DNA of 64,000 nucleotides. Origin: Candidatus Lustribacter sp. Lineage in GTDB: Bacteria > Vulcanimicrobiota > Vulcanimicrobiia > Vulcanimicrobiales > Vulcanimicrobiaceae. Shown one piece after another: positions 59,891 to 64,000 of the stretch (position 1 is the stretch's first letter; each line of letters begins with the position of its first letter). Location: assembly GCA_965277805.1 (NCBI GenBank), contig OZ255842.1:3648001-3712000 (forward strand), read 5' to 3'. The position numbers and the translations under genes are program-made. The notes below the pieces were generated by a model. It did not search any database and was not told the origin of the DNA. It saw only the letters and a program-made list of their open reading frames with translations.

Positions 59891-60568
59891 TTAATGGGCA
59901 CCCACGCCGCGGATCACGGCAGGTATGGTTTGGGCGATGATCCCGAAATCGCCGAGCGGGGTCCACGTGTCGATGTACGCGTTATCCAATGCCATCCACT
60001 GCTCGAACGAGAGTTCGCACCGCCCCGAGACTTGCCACAAGCACGTCACGCCGGGCTTCACCGTGAGGCGGCGCCGCGCGCGTTCATCGTAGTGGGCCAC
60101 TTCCTCCGGGAGCGGGGGACGGGGCCCGACGATCGCCATATCGCCCAGCAGGACGTTCACGAAGTTGGGAAGTTCATCGATGCTGGTCCGCCGCAAGAGT
60201 GCGCCCAGCGGATGCAGCCGGGGGTCGCGCCGGAGCTTGAAGACGGGGCCGTCGGCCTCGTTGAGGTGGCGCACCTCGTGCCGGCGCTCGTGGGCGTCGG
60301 TCACCATGCTGCGGAGCTTATACATCTTGAATTTGCGGCCGTTCAGTCCCACGCGCTCCTGACGATAGAGCGGGCCCTCACCGGTGACCAGCACGATCCC
60401 GGCCATGGCGGCCAGCGTGATCGGCAGGGTGACCAGCAGGCCGACGGAGGCGACCGTGACGTCGATGGCGCGCTTGGCCGGACCATACCAAGCCGGCGTT
60501 TGGCGTGCCCCCAGGGTGCCGAGCGCGGACGGTGCCGGCGGCCCGAAGCGAGTCTCGAGAGCACTCAC
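59891..60568 (-). CDS. Initiating polyprenyl-phosphate sugar-1-phosphate transferase
   Basis: KRAIDV, KLRSM, DPR, RRTSIDELP, GDMAIVGPRP, VKPGVT.LWQVSGR motifs. Confidence 0.93.
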   Translation of the reverse strand: MSALETRFGPPAPSALGTLGARQTPAWYGPAKRAIDVTVASVGLLVTLPITLAAMAGIVLVTGEGPLYRQERVGLNGRKFKMYKLRSMVTDAHERRHEVRHLNEADGPVFKLRRDPRLHPLGALLRRTSIDELPNFVNVLLGDMAIVGPRPPLPEEVAHYDERARRRLTVKPGVTCLWQVSGRCELSFEQWMALDNAYIDTWTPLGDFGIIAQTIPAVIRGVGAH

Positions 60569-61692
60569 TTTGGCGTGGAACCCAAGATCGCGGCCATGCG
60601 CTCGCCGACCCGGCTCATACCGTCCACCACGCCGATGTCGGCGCCGGGGGCGGTGCCATATTCCAGGAACGGCACGTACTCGCGCGTGTGATCGCTCCCG
60701 GGGGCCGTCGGGTCACACCCGTGATCGGCGGTGAAAATGAGACCATCTCCCGGACGTATGCGCTCTAAGATGGCGGGGATCATTCCGTCCAGTCGTTCGA
60801 GGGCGTCGGCGTAGCCGCGGACATTGCGCCGGTGGCCGTATTTCGAGTCGAAATCGTTCAGGTTCACGAATACCAATCCATGGTCGAGCCCGTCCGCGAT
60901 CTGCAGGGCTTGCTCGACACCTTCGGTGTTGTCGGCAACGCGGATCGAGTCAACGATGCCGTGACCGCAGTAGATATCACAAATTTTACCGACGGCGTGG
61001 ATAGGGACGCCGTCGGCAGCAATGCGGTCGAGGATCGAGGGCGGGGGATCAACGGCATAATCACGTCGGTTTGCGGTGCGGGTATACCCACCGGGCGGTC
61101 CGGTAAACGGGCGCGCGATCACGCGATTAACCTCGTGCGGGCGCACGAGCATGGCCCGCGCCTTCTCGCACCAATCGTAGAGCGTTGCAAGCGGTACAGT
61201 ATCTTCGTGACACGCGACTTGGAACACGGAATCGGCTGACGTGTACAGGATCGGGCGGCCGGTTCGCTGGTGCTCCTCGCCCATTTCGGCGATGATTTCC
61301 GTACCGGAAGCCGGGATATTTCCGAGCGGCGGTTTGCCGGTGATGGCGCTGAATGCCTCGACGACCTCCGGCGGAAAGCCGTTGGGATACGTGGGAAACG
61401 GAATCTCCGTCACAATCCCAGCCATTTCCCAATGCCCCGTGATTGTGTCTTTGCCACGTGATTTCTCACGCAAACGGCCCACCGCACCAGCTGGATGATC
61501 GACCGCAGCGACCCCACGGATCGTCGTCGTGCGACCCAACCCAAGGCGCTCGAAGTTCGGCATATGCAAGCCGCCGACGCGTTCGGCGACATTACCGATC
61601 GTGTTAGCTTTCGGTGCATCACCGAAGCTCGCCGCATCGGGTAAAGCGCCCACGCCGGCTGAGTCCATTACGAAAGCGAGCACCCGCGGCAT
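60565..61692 (-). CDS. deoB: Phosphopentomutase
   Basis: MDSAGVG, GKDTITGHWE, YTSADSVFQ, RVIARPF, DFDSKYGHRR, TADHGCDP and DHTREYVP motifs. Confidence 0.96.
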   Translation of the reverse strand: MPRVLAFVMDSAGVGALPDAASFGDAPKANTIGNVAERVGGLHMPNFERLGLGRTTTIRGVAAVDHPAGAVGRLREKSRGKDTITGHWEMAGIVTEIPFPTYPNGFPPEVVEAFSAITGKPPLGNIPASGTEIIAEMGEEHQRTGRPILYTSADSVFQVACHEDTVPLATLYDWCEKARAMLVRPHEVNRVIARPFTGPPGGYTRTANRRDYAVDPPPSILDRIAADGVPIHAVGKICDIYCGHGIVDSIRVADNTEGVEQALQIADGLDHGLVFVNLNDFDSKYGHRRNVRGYADALERLDGMIPAILERIRPGDGLIFTADHGCDPTAPGSDHTREYVPFLEYGTAPGADIGVVDGMSRVGERMAAILGSTPK

Positions 61693-61759
61693 AGCAAAAT
61701 CCGGTTCTGTCCTCGCAGGACCGTCCCTCCCCTATGCGTGAACGCGCAGGACAGTCCTA

Positions 61760-63529
61760 ATGCGATTTTTCTTTTTATGCCTCTTCGTTTCGGTTTTGGC
61801 GCTGCTCGTCCCCAATTTTGCGGCTGCCGCCGACGACATCCGGAGCATCGAGTTGCGCGCGAACGTGGTCGACTTTTATAGCAACCGCTATATCTTGACG
61901 GCCGATGGGAACGTCAGCGCGCGTCTCACCGACGGCACGATGGTTACCGGCGACACGTTTACGATGGATCTTAAGCTGAATCGCTTCATGATCGCCGGCA
62001 ACGTGCATCTCGACGGGCCGCACATCCATGCGATGGGGGCGGCCTTTGCCGGATTCCCCGACATCTCGCGTGATTATATGGTGACCGAAGGTGACGTACC
62101 CGACCGTTATACCTATTACGGCGTCGATTTCAGCGATCCACACCCCGGGCGCCAGCAACCCGGCGACGCCTTCTACTTCCCCGATTTGAGCGGCGAGCGG
62201 CCCTACATCGTCTCGAACAGCGCGACGATCTTTCTCAAGAACAACCTCGAGTTTCCGGTCGGCGCGCGAATCCTCGTGCTCGGCGTGTACATTCCGACGC
62301 CGGGCTACGTCGTCAACTATTCATCGAACCCGAACTTCTACCAGAACGCGTTTGCGGGCGCGACGCTCGACATCGGCGTTCCGTTCAAAGCCGCGGCCGA
62401 TGCCATGTCGGCCGGGCACATTCGCTACGATCCGTACCGCGGCTGGTATACCGCCTTCGATCAGCACTTCGTGCACAATCTCGACTACGCGGTGTTGTCG
62501 GTCGATCCGGTCACGCAAACGCAGCGTCAGTACAATGCGATCTTCTACAAGCGGCTCTCGCCGGCGGTGGAAGCGCGCACGTTCTTTCAGCTCTCGGCGG
62601 ACTCGCAAGGACTGAGCCAGCCGGTCAGCGCGGCGAGCTACTGGAACTTCGCGATGAACGCGAAGGTCGGGAAGTACGCCGTCGGCTTGAACACCGATCA
62701 GTACAACAACAACCTGCTTTCCGGCGGTGCCGTGACGACCGATCCGTTCGGCGTGGTGCAAGCGAGCCATCCGTTCGACGCGACGCTCTCGGTGCAGAGT
62801 TACGAAGATGAGTTTAAGCTCTTCCGCTATCTCGGGGTGCCGGTCAAGTTTCAGTATCGCGGCGGCTACGGGTACAACTACAATTCCTACGGTCTCGCCA
62901 CGCTAGGCCCAGGTGCGCTGGATTTGCCGCCTGATTTCAACGGCGTTACCTACAACGCGATTTTCAACACGTATCTCGGCGTGACGGCGTACACGTCGTC
63001 GATGCGGGTCGCAAAGCAGCTTTCGATCTCGGCGAAAGCCGACCGGCTGGAGACCTGGTATAACTCGGGACATCACATCGTGACCACCGACGTGTCGACC
63101 ACGCTCGCGCGCACGCCGCTCTCGGTCAAGCTGCCCGCGTTTCTGCTGACGTACGACGTCCTGAACATCGGCGACTTTTGGGGCGCGAATCAGCTCACGG
63201 CCTACGTGCCGGCAGCCGATGTGTTCGTAGGGCCGTACGGGACGTTCTCGGGATTGTCGGCGTTTCGCGGCTTCGCGACCTCGCGCAGCCTGTCGGGCTC
63301 GATGGTCTACACGCCGACGCCGTTCTTCGCACTCAACTTGACGATGCAGAACTTCAACGTGTCGCCGGCACCGGTGCCCGGCCTCGGCGGACAAGCGCCC
63401 AACCAGTTCACGGCCGACGTACGCGTGCGGCTCAGTCACAACATTCTCGTCGACGTCTCGCGTACGTACTTCTTCAACTGGGCCGGCGAAGGCTGGGCGC
63501 CGCAGTACGGGGTCCAGTTCTCGCCATGA
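61760..63529 (+). CDS. Secreted protein, possible divergent LptD-like outer-membrane protein
   Basis: Signal peptide; OstA-like N-terminus (A..V.F......TADGNV...GD....DL......AGNV); Tyr/Phe/Asn-rich beta-strand C-terminus ending YGVQFSP. Confidence 0.5.
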   Translation: MRFFFLCLFVSVLALLVPNFAAAADDIRSIELRANVVDFYSNRYILTADGNVSARLTDGTMVTGDTFTMDLKLNRFMIAGNVHLDGPHIHAMGAAFAGFPDISRDYMVTEGDVPDRYTYYGVDFSDPHPGRQQPGDAFYFPDLSGERPYIVSNSATIFLKNNLEFPVGARILVLGVYIPTPGYVVNYSSNPNFYQNAFAGATLDIGVPFKAAADAMSAGHIRYDPYRGWYTAFDQHFVHNLDYAVLSVDPVTQTQRQYNAIFYKRLSPAVEARTFFQLSADSQGLSQPVSAASYWNFAMNAKVGKYAVGLNTDQYNNNLLSGGAVTTDPFGVVQASHPFDATLSVQSYEDEFKLFRYLGVPVKFQYRGGYGYNYNSYGLATLGPGALDLPPDFNGVTYNAIFNTYLGVTAYTSSMRVAKQLSISAKADRLETWYNSGHHIVTTDVSTTLARTPLSVKLPAFLLTYDVLNIGDFWGANQLTAYVPAADVFVGPYGTFSGLSAFRGFATSRSLSGSMVYTPTPFFALNLTMQNFNVSPAPVPGLGGQAPNQFTADVRVRLSHNILVDVSRTYFFNWAGEGWAPQYGVQFSP

Positions 63530-64000
63530 TCAAGTCGCTCTCTTCATTCATCCTCGTGCTTGCAATTGCGGCCAGCGCTGCGAACGCGCAATCGACTCCT
63601 CCGCCGCAGGTGAATCCGATGTCTACGCCGGCGCCGAATGTTCAAGGAATCCCGACGCCGCCGGCGGTTCCAACCGCGCCGCCCGTTGCAACTCCGTCGC
63701 CCGCGTTGACCGCAACGCCTGCGGCCGCTGCTCCGCCGACCGCGGCGGCTTCGGGCGCTCCTACGCCGCCGTCGAATCTCGTGAAGTACGTGGGGCAGTT
63801 GCTCGACTACCGCAACAACTACGTCTACTTCACGTCGGGCGATGCGTTCCCGGTGATCGAATTGCCGCGCATTCTCGACTACATGACGAGCCAGCCGACG
63901 TCGGTTCGGCCGCGCGCCAAGATGTTCGCGCAAGCCGTGTTCGACCCGACGACCAAAAAGATCATCGAGCTCGACATCACGACGCACCGTTTGGTGATGT
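63526..64000 (+). CDS. Secreted protein with a Pro/Thr/Ala-rich linker (partial; absent from the ORF track)
   Basis: ATGA overlap with the previous stop; MIKSLSSFILVLAIAASAANAQSTPPP... stays open to the window end. Confidence 0.75.
   Translation, partial: MIKSLSSFILVLAIAASAANAQSTPPPQVNPMSTPAPNVQGIPTPPAVPTAPPVATPSPALTATPAAAAPPTAAASGAPTPPSNLVKYVGQLLDYRNNYVYFTSGDAFPVIELPRILDYMTSQPTSVRPRAKMFAQAVFDPTTKKIIELDITTHRLVM

Noticed and set aside
63590-63775. Low-complexity CCG-rich tract as a tandem repeat or CRISPR array
   Set aside because: It encodes a Pro/Thr/Ala linker and has no constant repeat-spacer periodicity.

Overview
GC-rich bacterial window dominated by a ~58 kb cell-envelope glycan region. 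It holds GDP-D-rhamnose genes (gmd, rmd), dispersed dTDP-L-rhamnose genes (rfbABCD), a Wzm/Wzt ABC exporter, several GT4 glycosyltransferases, a Wzx-like flippase, an O-antigen-ligase-family protein, murJ, an initiating sugar-phosphate transferase and two UDP-glucose-dehydrogenase-family genes. Embedded in it is a visibly more AT-rich accessory block with six large polytopic GT-C-like membrane proteins, sqdB, a GDP-mannose 3,5-epimerase-like gene and many SAM methyltransferases. The most unusual part is a cassette (19-29 kb) combining WecE, an ATP-grasp ligase, a DmpG-like aldolase, a class I aminotransferase, two 2OG-Fe(II) oxygenase-like proteins, an amidohydrolase and a GtrB-like polyprenol-phosphate glycosyltransferase. 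I infer it makes an unusual N-acylated amino sugar for extracytoplasmic transfer. Housekeeping genes (thiolase, CDF transporter, dacB, an ECF sigma/anti-sigma operon, deoB, an LptD-like protein) flank or interrupt the region. Non-coding signals read directly from the sequence: a recurring NGG-N18-(C/A/G)GAA-like promoter motif just upstream of about a dozen start codons, a SigW-like ECF promoter, and a two-copy palindromic repeat with one copy inside a coding sequence. No rRNA, tRNA, CRISPR array, transposase or integrase was recognised. A diderm Terrabacteria-type host (e.g. Eremiobacterota/Vulcanimicrobiota) is plausible but is inference only. All calls come from motif recognition by eye; no database searches were run.
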